Counted from the stretch's first letter, positions 26,076-38,430 are shown. The stretch is 64,000 nucleotides of DNA from Zootoca vivipara (GCF_963506605.1 NC_083276.1:72974001-73038000), one strand, 5' to 3'. The notes: generated by a model not told the origin, from the letters alone. Numbers and translations: made by a program.

Positions 26076-26692
26076 TCTATATATATAAAATGGAAGTGTC
26101 CCTGCGTCCACGTTTTCCCGTGTGTCCCTGGGCTACTGCGCATGGGCCCCAGGGACACAGGGATTGGACAGCAGAGACTGCACGCGCTCTCTCTCCCCCC
26201 CCTCTGCCTCCTCCAACTGTCGCTTCCGGCCGGACACCGCCTCACTGCAGGGCACGTCAGGGAAGCGAGGGTGGAGGCCGGCGGAGGCCTCCTCCTCACA
26301 ACCCTCCCTGGCCCGTAAGAGGAGCGGCGGCGAGGTAGGCATTTGTGTCCCCCGTCCTTCCTGTCGGCGGCTGGAGGAGAGGAAGGAAGGAGGAGAAAGC
26401 AGCGTTTTCTCCTCCTCCGTTCCTGCCCCCCTGCCGCCGACAACAAGGACAGGTCCCAGGCTTCGGAAAAGTGCTGCGCAAGCACTTCTCCGAACCCCGG
26501 GATGTCTCCTTCCTCTCGGCGGCTGGGGGAGAGGAACGGAGCAGGAGAAAACAGCGCTTTCTCCTCCTCCGTTCCTGCCCCCCTGCCGCCGACAACAAGG
26601 ACAGGTCCCAGGCTTCGGAGAAGCGCTGCGCAAGCGCTTCTCCGAACCCCAGGATTCTAGCGCCCGTTATTGAGCGGGCTGAAATCCACTAG
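26076..26692 (+). mobile_element. Non-autonomous Helitron (617 bp); 5'-only remnant at 25308-25441
   Basis: A|TCTATATATATAAAA ... GCCCG-ttattgag-CGGGC hairpin, 9 nt, CTAG|T; inserted between A and T with no TSD; removing it restores the RTE reading frame. Confidence 0.92.
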
Positions 26693-28052
26693 TCCTAAAT
26701 ATCTTCGCAGAAGCTTACAGAAAGCTTGGCCTATCGCTTAACACCCAAATAACCAAAGAGCTACACCAACAAGCACAAAACAACTTTCAAGAGAACTCTA
26801 GATACATTTTAATTTCAACCCACATTCAATTAATTACTGTGTTTTTATTAATTGTGACTGCACTTTATAAAAAAGTGCACTGTAGAGTTTTAATCTGTGT
26901 TTTTTGCACTATTATTGTATTGTTTTTTATTTCATGTACAGTGTTTTTGTGAAGTCAATCTGTAGACTGTAATGTTGCTTAAAAACACTTAAAAGAAAAA
27001 CTTATTCATTTATTCTCCACCTTTCAAAGTATTTTCCCCAAGCCAGCTTATACTATCAGCAAAACAGCAGCATCAGTAACAACAAAACAATTTAAAAGGA
27101 CCATCTGTCTAAAAAAAGAAACAGAAATCTAACAGCAAATTGTTCCAGAGCAAAAGGGTCGGGGAAAATGCTTGGTGGACTGGTTCTGGAGTAAAATTGT
27201 TGTGCCAAATCTCACAAGTAACTGTCAAGAGAAAAGTCATATTAACACTGGGTTCCAAGCATGTTGCCTGAAACTGTACCTTGTGTGGGTTTTCTTATTT
27301 GCTTTGCTCTCTACACTCCCCCCCTCCCCCACAGTTGTGGACTTGTAATTTCTGATAAAAAGATTAAAGGAATTCTGCAATTTCATTGTAAATGCACTGG
27401 AATGTCAGGGGGAGGGGCAAACAAAGGTCTATCCATAGGTTATCACATTAAAATTTCATCACAACTCAGCAGGAAAAGCTAAATGTTTCAATTAAAAGCA
27501 TGGTCACACACAGTCATTTCTCACTGCAAGGCTTTGATCTAGTAGAATCGCCACAGGAGTGGTTGTATGACTAATCTCATCCCTGTTTAATAGTCTAGAG
27601 AAATGAAGCTGCAGCGAAGTTAAGATTACCATCGGAAATAGCTGATAACAAAGAGAAAATAAACCATAACCAAAGGTACATGGATTAATAGTGACAAAAA
27701 ACAGTGGCTTGCTTCATTTAAACTTGTGTGGGGGTGGGGAATGCAAATGGAAATTTAAAAGTATTTAGAGATTGCACAGACACCAGGACCAAATACTTAT
27801 CGGATAATAAAATACAGCCCTTTCACAGTGGCAGCAGTTTTAAACCCTGGCAGAATGCTAATTTCATTTGAACTTGTTTTGTTAATGCTGCAAGGATAGA
27901 AACAGTCTGGGATGGATGCTGGAAACTGCAGGATTCTGCTCTGAGACTGACTGCTGTTGCATTCCTACCATTATTCCTGAAACTGCAATTTTTAAAAACA
28001 AACAAACAGATTTTCATACTACGGTATTGGATTTAGTGTAAGGCACTTCTCC

Positions 28053-28372
28053 TCAGTGGCGGAATTCATGCTCTGGCACCGGGGGCAGGGGCGGGGCTGG
28101 CGCGCGTTCTGGGAGCGGGACGCATGTTCCAGGGCCGTGGCGTGCCTCCCAGAAAGCCGTGGCGCACTTCCTGGGGGCACGACGTGCCTCCCGGAGGGGT
28201 GCAGTGCACATTCCGGAGGTGGGGCGCGCCTCCCGGAGGGCCGTGGCACACCTCCCGTAGGGGTGTGACATGCGTTCCGGGGACAGGGCGCACGTTTTGG
28301 GGGTGGGGCGGGCATCTGCGACGGTGCCACTTGGAGCCCGCCGCTCGGGGTGGCCCGCCCCCACCGCCCCTA
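28053..28372. mobile_element. GC/CpG-rich repeat, probably a non-autonomous DNA transposon with an internal minisatellite
   Basis: Starts CAGTGGCGGA; imperfect repeats of gccgtggcg/cctcccggaggg; sharp GC boundary; TSD not resolved. Confidence 0.55.
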
Positions 28373-28877
28373 TCTTCCTACTCCTCATTCAAGTCAGGGC
28401 ACCTAATTTTTGCTGATCCCCTCCTGCCCACTTAAACCCGCTGACCTCCTAAAAAGCTGTTCCTGAGGGTTGATGGTCCCTTCAGTCCACAATGTAATGC
28501 AATACAGAAGGCAAGACTAAAAGTATGGGGCTACAATAATTAGGTGCACTAGAGTGTATTAGTGTTGCTTTCTGCTAGGGCAAAGTCATCATCAGCTGAA
28601 ACGTTATAAATCTGTAATCCTCTTTCCCAAAGAGAACGTTGCTCTGCAGAACCCACAGAATACATGAAAATCAGATTATCAAACAGTTCTCTATGTTTGT
28701 TTTAAATGACTGTAGCAGAAGGACCACTATATTACAAACAGAAATAGCACCCATGCCTGATTTAAGCCCATATTTAGGCAAATAGTCTCACATTGAAGAA
28801 TGATGTGTTCAAACCATGATCCTCCCTAGCACAGTCATGAAAATTAAGTTTATCCTAGTTCAGATGATCCCCTGAAC

Positions 28878-29230
28878 CAGGGGTGCACAACCTGTGGCTC
28901 TCAAGATGTTTCCGGACTACAACTCCCATCAGCCCCAGCCAGCATATCCAGTGATTAGGGATGATGGGAGGTGTAGTCTGGAGGGGTGCACAACCTAAAC
29001 CATGGTTTGAATTGAGGTGATCATGAGCAAACTGTGGCAACCCTGAAGATTACGTACTTCTCCTCCCATCTTCTCCTTTGTGCCGTTGTTTAGGTCAGCC
29101 TTCCTGAATTTGGTGCCTTCCAGATCTTTTAGATTACAACTTCCACCAGTCCTAGCCAGCATAGTCAACAGCAAGGGATGGCAGGAATTGTAGCTCAAAA
29201 CAATGGGACGGCACCAAGTGGGTGAAGGTT
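28878..29230. mobile_element. Two decayed palindromic hAT-type MITEs (28878-28996, ~29095-29230); another at ~30716-30845
   Basis: agatgtt..ggactacaactcccatca ... gatgggag.tgtagt core shared with the 33227 family. Confidence 0.65.
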
Positions 29231-29678
29231 AGTTTTTAGGTGACCATCTGGAACCAGGCTTTTATGTATGAGAAAGAGTTCACCGTTTATGGAACAGATC
29301 ATAATGGGAAGAAATTTGCTGCGTGGAGACAGGTCCCAATGTTGTTGAAGGCAAAGAGCCCAAAGTGCAAGCTGCTGCATGATGGAAAATTACTGGCTGC
29401 ATTTCACTCACCTGTTGGATTGTGGCCATAGCCATTTACTATATACATGTCACCGGCAGGAATATAGGGATGATTTAGAATTTCCACCTTATGACCTTTA
29501 AACTGGCCCAAATAAAAAAGCAGGTTGGGAATGGTTGTTTTTTTCTTTAGAAAAGTGACTTCATTACTGGGCGAGGGACAATTTTATATTTGAAAAAAAA
29601 TTGCATCAATTGGCAATTGTGAGTGAGCAATTGTTCCATGACACCCCCTGCCTGAACCCGATATCTCTGTTGCAAGTA

Positions 29679-29866
29679 CAGTGGAACCTCGGTTTATGAA
29701 CACCTCGGTTTATGAATTTTCGGTTTATGAACACCGCGGACCCATCTGGAACGGATTAATCCACTTTCCATTACTTTCAATGGGAAAGTTCGCTTCAGTT
29801 TATGAACGCTTCAGTTTATGAACAGACTTCCGGAACCAATTGTGTTCATAAACCGAGGTACCACTG
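29679..29866. mobile_element. Tc1/mariner-type MITE
   Basis: TA|CAGTGGAACCTCGG ... CCGAGGTACCACTG|TA; core shared with the 32095 and 38431 copies. Confidence 0.9.
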
Positions 29867-30904
29867 TAACTGAAAAAGATTCATTGTTACATACCATTCA
29901 TGTGGTTTATAATTACTTAGATGGGAAAACACAAGATGTTATTAATCAGGACGATTTTAACAGATAACTCTAGTTGTGGATTGACAACAGATGGGGTGTC
30001 TAAGGAGCACACCATTAAAAAAAGCTGGTCCCCATTTTCTTGAGAACCCAGCAGAAATCTAGGCAAAATAAAGAGAAGTTTCAGAGTAATAGTGATTGGC
30101 AAATTATGCACGTTGCCTGAAAGTCTAATTAAATTGTTGTTATTTTACGACATTTTCTAGGACAAAAACTGAATAGCCTAGTTGTTTTACTTCAGAAAGT
30201 ATAGACTGCCGCATGCCAGCTGTTATGTTTACTACTCAAATGCACTGGAAACAGTAGAAGGTTTGCTCTACACTATCAATCACAGTGACACGTGTGTGTG
30301 CTAGCCAAAATTAAAACACTGAATTAAATTAAATAGGAAGAGGTTCAGTGCATGTTTACTCCTGCCACTTAAACTGATGGGACAGAAAACTGCTTAGCTT
30401 AGTCTGATTCATGCTCACAACTAACAGTTAGTGCCATATATTAAAGTTTGTTCTTTTTAATCTTTCTTGTGTTGAAATAAGTATGTAAGAAATCTAAAGT
30501 CTAGGATGTCTTATTTTATTTCTCTTTCCATCTAGTAAAACCTAGTAGTGACAGAAGGGTTCATGATCAAAGAGGCTATATTCCAGTCAAACTACTCAGT
30601 GATACCTTTGAAATACGGTTGTTCAAAGGTAAACATATTTTTAGGGGTTACAATGCAACCTTGATGCAAGAGCATCACACAACAATCACCAAAAGCACAG
30701 CTTCCTGTATTTCCCCCAGGGTTTCCCAAATTTGGGTCTCCAGCTGTTTTTGGACTACAATGACATCATCCCTGACCACTGGTCCTGCTAGCAAGGGACG
30801 GTGGGAGTTGTAGTCCAAAAATAGTAGGAGGTCGTAGTTTGGGATTAGTTTAATAGCCACTGATTAATTGAATAGCCACTGCCACTATGTTTCCCCCCCA
30901 ATAC

Positions 30905-31300
30905 CAGAACATAAGAAGAGCCTGTTGGATCAGGCCAATGGCCCGTCTAGTCCAGCATCCTATTTTCAGAGAGGCCAGCCAGATGCCTGTGGGAAACCGG
31001 CAAGCAGGATTTGTGCGCAACAGCGTTCTCCACTCCTGTGGTTCCAAGCAACTTGTATTCAGGAGCACTACCTCCTCTCACTGGCTGCCGAGGCAGAGCA
31101 TGGCCATCATCATGGCTAGTAGGCTTTGATAGCCCTCTCCTTAACAAATTTGTCTAATTCTCTTTTAAAGCCATCTCAGTTGGCGGCCATCACTGCCTCC
31201 TGTGGGAGTGAGTTCCATGGTTTAGCTATGCTCTGCGTGAAGAAGTTATTTCTTTTATCTGTCCTGAATCTTCCAACATTCAGCTTGAATGGATGTGCAC
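30905..31300 (-). mobile_element. CR1 LINE 3' end
   Basis: Minus translation HPFKLNVGRFRTDKRNNFFTQSIAKPWNSLPQEAVMA (CR1 ORF2 C-terminus) and a ttcttatgttct tail. Confidence 0.85.
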
Positions 31301-31385
31301 CAGCTTCAGGAGGGATCTGGGCCTGGGTTGTATCACAGGGGGAAGGGTTAGACACTGTCCCCACTCCAGTCCTTCATAGCATATC

Positions 31386-31390
<5 letters not shown>

Positions 31391-31427
<37 letters not shown>
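31391..31427. repeat. (CA)n microsatellite
   Basis: Direct reading. Confidence 0.95.
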
Positions 31428-31428
<1 letters not shown>

Positions 31429-32094
31429 GGAGCTGCTTGTAGCAAAAGAAAAATGCAATCTGAAATGCATTCATGCATCTCCAACATCAGGATTCATTTG
31501 ATTTCTAGCTTCCAACCAAAAGCAATCAAACATAGTCTTAAAATACCTAAATTTGGTGGAAAGAATGGTTGCAGCAGTTGAGATTGTGGCTAGCTTGAAT
31601 CTGCTATCTCTGAAACTCAGTCTTATGTTTTAGTTCCTGACCACTTGGTTTGAAATCTTTTTGTTCCAATCTTCAAAGGATTATTCAGCAATGGGAATTG
31701 TATTCAGATTGTATGCATATTACTGCTTATGTTGCTGGGGACTGTATTTTCTCCCTTTTGCTTTGCCTTCTTTTTAAAGGCTAATTTTTTCCATTCCTAT
31801 TGAGGAAAGCTTTGCAGCCCTTACAAAGCGCCACTCATGCTTGACAAAAGTATACTTTTGCTGCCAAAAATCAAGGCAGTGCCTTTTTTGCATATGGTTA
31901 CATCTGCCACCTTTAATTAAGAAGCCGTGTAAGCCACTCCTCTGAAGAAGCTGAACACATTATAGTGTAATGTAGCCCCTTAGAAAGAGATTAAAAGCTT
32001 AAAAAGCAAGTTTGCTGATCCCAGAAGAGATTGCATTGTATTTACTATTTTACATATAAGAAAATGGAAGGGGGAGATTCATAGAGTTCATATA

Positions 32095-32414
32095 CAGTGG
32101 TACCTCAGTTTAAGTACACAATTGGTTCCGGAAGTCTGTACTTAACCTGAAGTGAACTTTCCCATTGAAAGTAATGGAAAGTGGATTAATCCGTTCCAGA
32201 CGGTCCATGGAGTACTTAAACTGAAGCGTACTTAACCCAAAGTATGAGTGTAATTGGTTCTGGCAGTCCGTACTTAACCTGAAGCGTACTTAACCTGAAA
32301 CGAACATTCCCATTGAAAGTAATGGAAAGTGGATTAATCCGTTCCAGACAGGTCGGCGGAGTACTTAAACTGAAAGTACTCAAACCAAAGCGTACTTAAA
32401 CCGAGGTATGACTG
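32095..32414 (+). mobile_element. 320-bp Tc1/mariner-type MITE with internal duplication (intron 6)
   Basis: TA|CAGTGGTACCTC ... GAGGTATGACTG|TA; reverse complement of 38431-38750. Confidence 0.92.
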
Positions 32415-33226
32415 TAGAAGGCTACATAACAGAGGTAAAAATCTGAAAACTGCCATCCCGTTTCTCAGTTACTGAATGTGTGGTGTATCTGTACAACACT
32501 TATTTGGAGGACTGGATGTGCTCATTTAGCAAATCTGGTCCCCCCCTGTCTAAATATCCTTGGACATTGCCTGTCCATGTTGTTGACCAAGGTGGCTCCA
32601 GAAAAGACCTGCAGTCTGCATTATCTTGATGGTGGTATCCATATTCAGCTTAACTGGTGTCAAGTGAAAGTAACGAGAGCAAACACTGGGTAAATTTGCA
32701 ATGGCAGGCCTACACAAGAAACAAAGGTACAATACCAGAACAAGAGAGGCTATGCTAAGAGCAAAAAAACCTGACACAAGAAAGCACATTCCATTTTCAG
32801 GACCAACAGCAGTACAGTTGTTGCTCCAGTACTGCTCTGAACTGATTGAGCCCTCCTGATGCCACCTGCAAGTTTCAGGAAGAGCGAATTGAGCACTTCT
32901 TTGGTGATGGAAGGTGAGGAACGCCTCACCTTCCATTTTTCAGCCCAATGAGACAGGAGATTCTGGGTGCCTTCGGTACATGCAGAATTCTGGGCAAACT
33001 TCTGCTTTGCTGAAGCTGAATGTCACTTTGCTGCCCTATATTTCTGGGGTACAACCAGAATCACTGTGGGCTAGTTTGACTGAAGGCCTTTCTTTATCTT
33101 CCCTACGAGATTCAGGATATTGTTTTCTGCTGCTTGCATAACTCACACAATGAGTGGTAAGCGCTGGAACTAGAGCAGAAATCCTGAAAACTCCATTCAT
33201 AAAAAGTGGGTTTTCAAGGTCTGGAC

Positions 33227-33362
33227 CAGGCATCCCCAAACTTCGGCCCTCCAGATGTTTTGGACTACAATTCCCATCTTCCCCGACCACTGGTCCTGTT
33301 AGCTAGGGATCATGGGAGCTGCAGGCCAAAACATCTGGAGGGCCGCAGTTTGGGGATGCCTG
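33227..33362. mobile_element. 136-bp palindromic hAT MITE
   Basis: TIR CAGGCATCCCCAAACT; TSD GTCTGGAC/GCCTGGAC; near-identical copies at 54773 and 59583. Confidence 0.9.
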
Positions 33363-33700
33363 GCCTGGACCCACATGCAGAGTCTGGTCCATTATACCAA
33401 GTTAAATGACATTCACAAGTCCTTACTATCTCAAATCAAGAAAGTGCATACACAACAACCCAAACACAGTTAATAGGCTAAACATAGGCTAGATCCTTGG
33501 TTATTTTATAGCAACCAACCACAATGTTTCCTATACAAATGTTGTGAAAAATGGTCAAACTAGATGCAACACCATCAGTAATGGTTTAAGTGTTACATCT
33601 GAATGAGGACACTTCATAGAAATACTAGAAATTATCACATTAGGACAAAAAGGCTCTTCTAATCTTCTAATTTTGAAACTGTACTATGGATTATACTTAC

Positions 33701-33841
33701 TACTCCCCACCAAAGGGCATCTGCATAGCTGCTAAATTCATGTTCGCCTGAATCATTCACAGCATCTTTTTCAGCCAAGTACACAAAATAAGAAGAAAAA
33801 ATCAGGCCTAGAAATCCAATGTACAGAGTGGTTATCAATTC
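33701..33841 (-). CDS. KCNQ1: KCNQ1 exon 6, 141 nt: [47 protein letters not shown]; S5, turret, pore helix
   Basis: Inside ORF 33659..33925(-); acceptor ttttcag|GAA, donor GTA|gtaagt. Confidence 0.98.
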
Positions 33842-34559
33842 CTGAAAAGAAGAATAAGAGCAAATTAATGAATAACTAGAGGCACATAGAATACTGCTAC
33901 TGCCAAATGCTATTTTATAAAACAAATGACTGATTACTGCGCTCAGCTACCACACTGAATTTAACCGATTAAACATTAATCAAACAGTTCGTTAATTTCC
34001 GTCACTCTACTCTGCATAATGCTTAGTTGACTACCACGTGATATTTCCAATTTGCACTTAGCAAATCATTATACCTTAATACTAGGTCAAAAAATATTAT
34101 TGTCAGTTACTTTGATGCAGCAGAATTGCAAACTGAAGTTGGAAAAATGATATTTTTAACCTTGTTCTCAAAACAACAAAGGATTAACTGACAGCACAAT
34201 ACTATGCACGTCTACTCAGAAGTAAGACTTAATGGATTCAAGTGGCCATATGTGAGAGAAAGTAAGATTGGAACTAGCAGAACTGAACAAGTTATGTACA
34301 TCAAAACCACAGCAAATTATTTTTACAGGGATTTGCTTGCACACACAGTGATTTTAAAATAATTAGGTCTGTCACCCAGTAAAAGAAACCTTACAGTTGA
34401 AATACACACACACACACACACACTTAAAAGTAAGCCCCATTACTGAGTTCAGTCAGGCTTACTCCAGGTATAGGATTGCAGCCTTAGTCAATCAAATAAC
34501 ATTAGTTAATCAGCTAATTAATTAAACTGATTAAATGTGATTAACTGTGAGTAAAGTCT

Positions 34560-34882
34560 GAAGTCGGCGGTTCGAATCCCCATGACGGGGTGAGCTCCCT
34601 TTGCTTGGTCCCTGCTCCTGCCAACCTAGTGGTTTAAAAGCACCTCAAAGTGCAAGTACGGTAGATAAATAGGTACCGCTCCGGAAGGAAGGTAAACGCC
34701 GTTTCCATGCGCTGCTCTGGTTCACCAGAAGCGGCTTAGTCATGCTGGCCACATGACCTGGAAGCTGTACACAGGCTCCCTCGGCCAATAAAGCGAGATG
34801 AGTGCCGCAAACCCGCAAACCCAGAGTCGTCCACGACTGGACCTAATGGTCAGGGGTCCCTTTACCTTTACCTTTACCTTTA
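34560..34882 (+). mobile_element. Sauria SINE (5'-truncated), intron 5
   Basis: B-box ggttcgaatccc, Sauria body and (ACCTTT)n tail. Confidence 0.9.
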
Positions 34883-34943
34883 ACCCCGAGAACAGTATAT
34901 GGTCTATGGAATCTGGCAGCCCAACAGTAAAACATCCTTATTA

Positions 34944-35153
<210 letters not shown>

Positions 35154-35347
35154 CTATTATTTAGTCCGTACATCCATACCCCACCTTTCCTCCAAAGAGC
35201 TCAAGGGAGCATACATGATTTTTCCCCCTCTGCATTTTATCCTCATAACAAACTTGTAGAGTTCTGGCTGCATTAAGAGGGAGGGAGTGATGGGGAATTG
35301 GCGATTTGAACCTCCCAAGCCCCAGTCCAAATCTAACCACTCTAACT

Positions 35348-36068
35348 CATAGCTGTCAACTTCCGGATTGGAAAATAAGGGATTAGCAGCAGCGCGGCAC
35401 CGGAAGTCGCTTCTGCACATGTTCAGACATGCGCAGAAGCGATTTCCAGTGCCGGCTCTGCCCAATTTCCGGTGCCCAGACATGGGCAGAGCGGCACCGG
35501 AAATTGGTTCTGCGCATGTCCAGACATGCGCAGAAGCGACTTCCGGTGCCGGGCTGCCTGTGTCCGCATGTGTGGGCACCCAAATTTGCTTCTGCACATG
35601 CCCGGGCATGCACAGAGGCAATTTCCGGCAGCACTCGGCAAGCCAAGTGAGCGAGCAGCCAGCCGGGAGCTGGGACATTTACGCAGCTGAGGAGCTTCCC
35701 TGGCCGGCAGGAGCTGCTTTCTTATAAATCCAGGGGATTTATGGGATATTTTGCGATTCAATATAACATGCGCAGAAGCGACTTCCGGTGCCAGGCTGCC
35801 CGTGTCCGCATGTGTGGGCACCCAAATTTGCTTCTGCACATGCCCGGGCATGCACAGAGGCAATTTCCGGCAGCACTCGGCAAGCCGGGAGCGAGCAGCC
35901 AGCCGGGAGCTGGGACATTTACGCAGCTGAGGAGCTTCCCTGGCCGGCAGGAGCTGCTTTCTTATAAATCCAGGGGATTTATGGGTTATTTTGCGATTCA
36001 AGATAACAGCGGGAAATGGATTTAAATACGGGGGTTTCCCGTGAAAAATGGGAGACTTGACAGCTATG
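35348..36068. mobile_element. hAT-type non-autonomous element (CATAGCTG TIR family) with ~240-bp internal tandem duplication, intron 4
   Basis: TIRs CATAGCTGTCAA / TTGACAGCTATG; TSD CTCTAACT/CTCTAACA; ~35525-35765 repeated at ~35766-36005. Confidence 0.88.
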
Positions 36069-36181
36069 CTCTAACATTCTAACCGGTACATGGCACTGAG
36101 ATGGGGAAAAGTGAATTAAGAGATACACTTTTTAACAGGGTGGAAAAAGAAAGGATTTTCAAATTAGATTTAATCATTTTA

Positions 36182-36370
<189 letters not shown>

Positions 36371-36845
36371 TCATAGTACTTCGTGCAGTTCAGGACTAGA
36401 TAACTGCAATGTGTACTGTGTGGGGCTTCCTTTGCACTTGATCCAGAATTTGCAGTTAGCATAGAATACTGCAGCACAATTCCTGAAGGGGTGAGACCTT
36501 CTCAGCATACAACACCTCTGCTCAGAAACCTGCACTGGTTGCCAATTTGCCAGCAGGCCATGTTCACAGTGTTACTATTAGTATAGAAAGCCCTGAACAA
36601 CCTGGGACCAGTTTACCTGGGAAATCACCTTACCCCATATATTCCTACTTGACTGCTTTGATCTGTGGAACAGGTACTTTTATAGATGCTGCGTAATGCT
36701 TGTACCACATTTGTATGAAATCGGACTTCTAGTGTGGCGGCATCCACACATCAAGCAGGAGCATGTTTTGACACCTACTAAAAACACTTTAGACAAGCCT
36801 ACCTAGATATGTATAAAGTTGATGTGTTTTAATATTTTTCTAGCT

Positions 36846-37042
36846 CAGTGTTTTTCAACCTTTTTTGGGCAAAGGCACACTTCTTTCATGAAACAAATCA
36901 CGAGGCACACCACCATTAGAAAATGTTTAAAAAATTAACTCTGTGCCTATATTGACTATATATAAAGTAATTCTCCCACGGCACACCAGGCAACATCTCG
37001 CGGCACACTAGTGTGCCGCGGAACAGTGGTTGAAAAACACTG
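36846..37042. mobile_element. hAT MITE
   Basis: TIRs CAGTGTTTTTCAACC / GGTTGAAAAACACTG; perfect 8-bp TSD TTCTAGCT. Confidence 0.92.
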
Positions 37043-37054
37043 TTCTAGCTTATA

Positions 37055-37278
37055 CAGTGGTACCTCGGTTTTCGAACGTCTCGGAAGTCAAATGTTTCGG
37101 CTTTTGAACGCCGAAAACCCGGATGTAACTGCTTCGGATTTTGAATGCGTTTCAGAAGCTGAATGTGCTACACGGCTTCCATATTGAGCTTCTGGAAATG
37201 CATGCCTTGGTTTTCGAACGTTTCGGAAGTTGAACGGTCTTCCGGAATGTATTACGTTCGAAAACCAAGGTTCCACTG
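37055..37278. mobile_element. Tc1/mariner-type MITE
   Basis: TA|CAGTGGTACCTCGGTTTTCGAACG ... CGTTCGAAAACCAAGGTTCCACTG|TA. Confidence 0.9.
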
Positions 37279-37467
37279 TAATTGGTTTTAATTTTTATTT
37301 GAATGTTTTAAATAGCTTTTTAAAAACTCTTCTTACTGATAATTTTATTGCTTCATTCTTTTTGTAAACTGTTTTGAGCTTTGGGGGTTTGCTTTGTTTT
37401 TTATACAAGAAAACATTTTCTCTTTATTTTTTGAAAATGATAGAAATCACTATGGGAATTCCTTTTA

Positions 37468-37629
<162 letters not shown>

Positions 37630-38430
37630 CTAGAGGAAACAGACCGGGGGGGGGGTCAGATTAATATATAACATGCTTTTAATACTTTTCAGGTGGTATT
37701 AGCAGAAAATGAAATATGAGAACTGTGAGTCAGAAAAATATATATGGTAATGCCCTGTAGGAACAAACAATCAGGAGAATGATTAAAAGTTTAAAAACTA
37801 TTACATGGTATTTTGCTGATTTCCATGTGATAAAAACAAAACAAAATCCCACTTGCCATAATTGGATGCGAATCTCATCTCAAAGTCTTAGCCAAGTTCA
37901 ATGGCACTTAATTCACTGGAAGTTCAATTAGGTTTGCAACTTTAATTTCAAACCCATTACTTATAAAATAATAATGTTATTCAGATAGCATAAATACAGA
38001 CCTTGTATCAGAAAAGTATAAGTCTCACATCTATAAAGTGTGAGAAGGGAAAGCAAGTAATATTTTTTTGTGTGTTTCATTTCGTAGGAAAACTCTTCTC
38101 AGAATCTGATAATGGAGTTCAGCATGTGATGGAACAATTATTTTCCCTTTCATTCATGTTATTTAAGCACAATATTTAGTGGGCAGCAGAATTCTCCCTC
38201 TAATTCGAAAATACTGAATTTCAGTGAAATCTCAGATACGGTATATCTATCTGGGTGTAAGCCCCATTACATTCAGTGGAGCTTACTTCTGAGTTTGTAT
38301 AGGATTGCACTGTGAGTGATCCAGCTGCATACATGAAAATATCAAGAGACCTTTTTCTCTTAGCTTATATGTTATTAACTTTTACACATGCTCACAAATC
38401 CTAAGATTCTCTTGTGTGCTTTTCAGGGTT

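Larger units (their letters stand above)
24843..26790 (+). mobile_element. Degenerate non-BovB RTE-clade LINE reverse transcriptase fragment, disrupted by a Penelope mini-insert, a Helitron and a tandem duplication
   Basis: Frame-shifted translation LYMVFIDLT.AFDTVNH.ALW..L.KIGCP.KFVNI...GCVIAP and QYAGDNVVCAHSEDDLQT|ILNIFAEAYRKLGLSLN across the Helitron. Confidence 0.8.
25143..27270. repeat. Recent tandem duplication: copy 1 25143-25910 (588-bp internal deletion), copy 2 25911-27267
   Basis: Near-identical sequence; CTG microhomology at the duplication junction, CTC microhomology at the deletion junction. Confidence 0.92.

Noticed and set aside
26042-26692. Overlapping 100-183 aa ORFs on both strands
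   Set aside because: By-products of the GC-rich repetitive Helitron interior; no recognisable domain.
29679-29866. Short interspersed repeats (ggtttatgaa, gtacttaa) resembling a CRISPR array
   Set aside because: Subterminal repeats inside TA-flanked mariner MITEs; eukaryotic context, no unique spacers or cas genes.
34565-34582. tRNA gene (GGTTCGAATCCC)
   Set aside because: B-box of a Sauria SINE; no cloverleaf.
35157-36025. 173-192 aa ORFs with repeated motifs
   Set aside because: Arise from the GC-rich tandem duplication in a hAT element.
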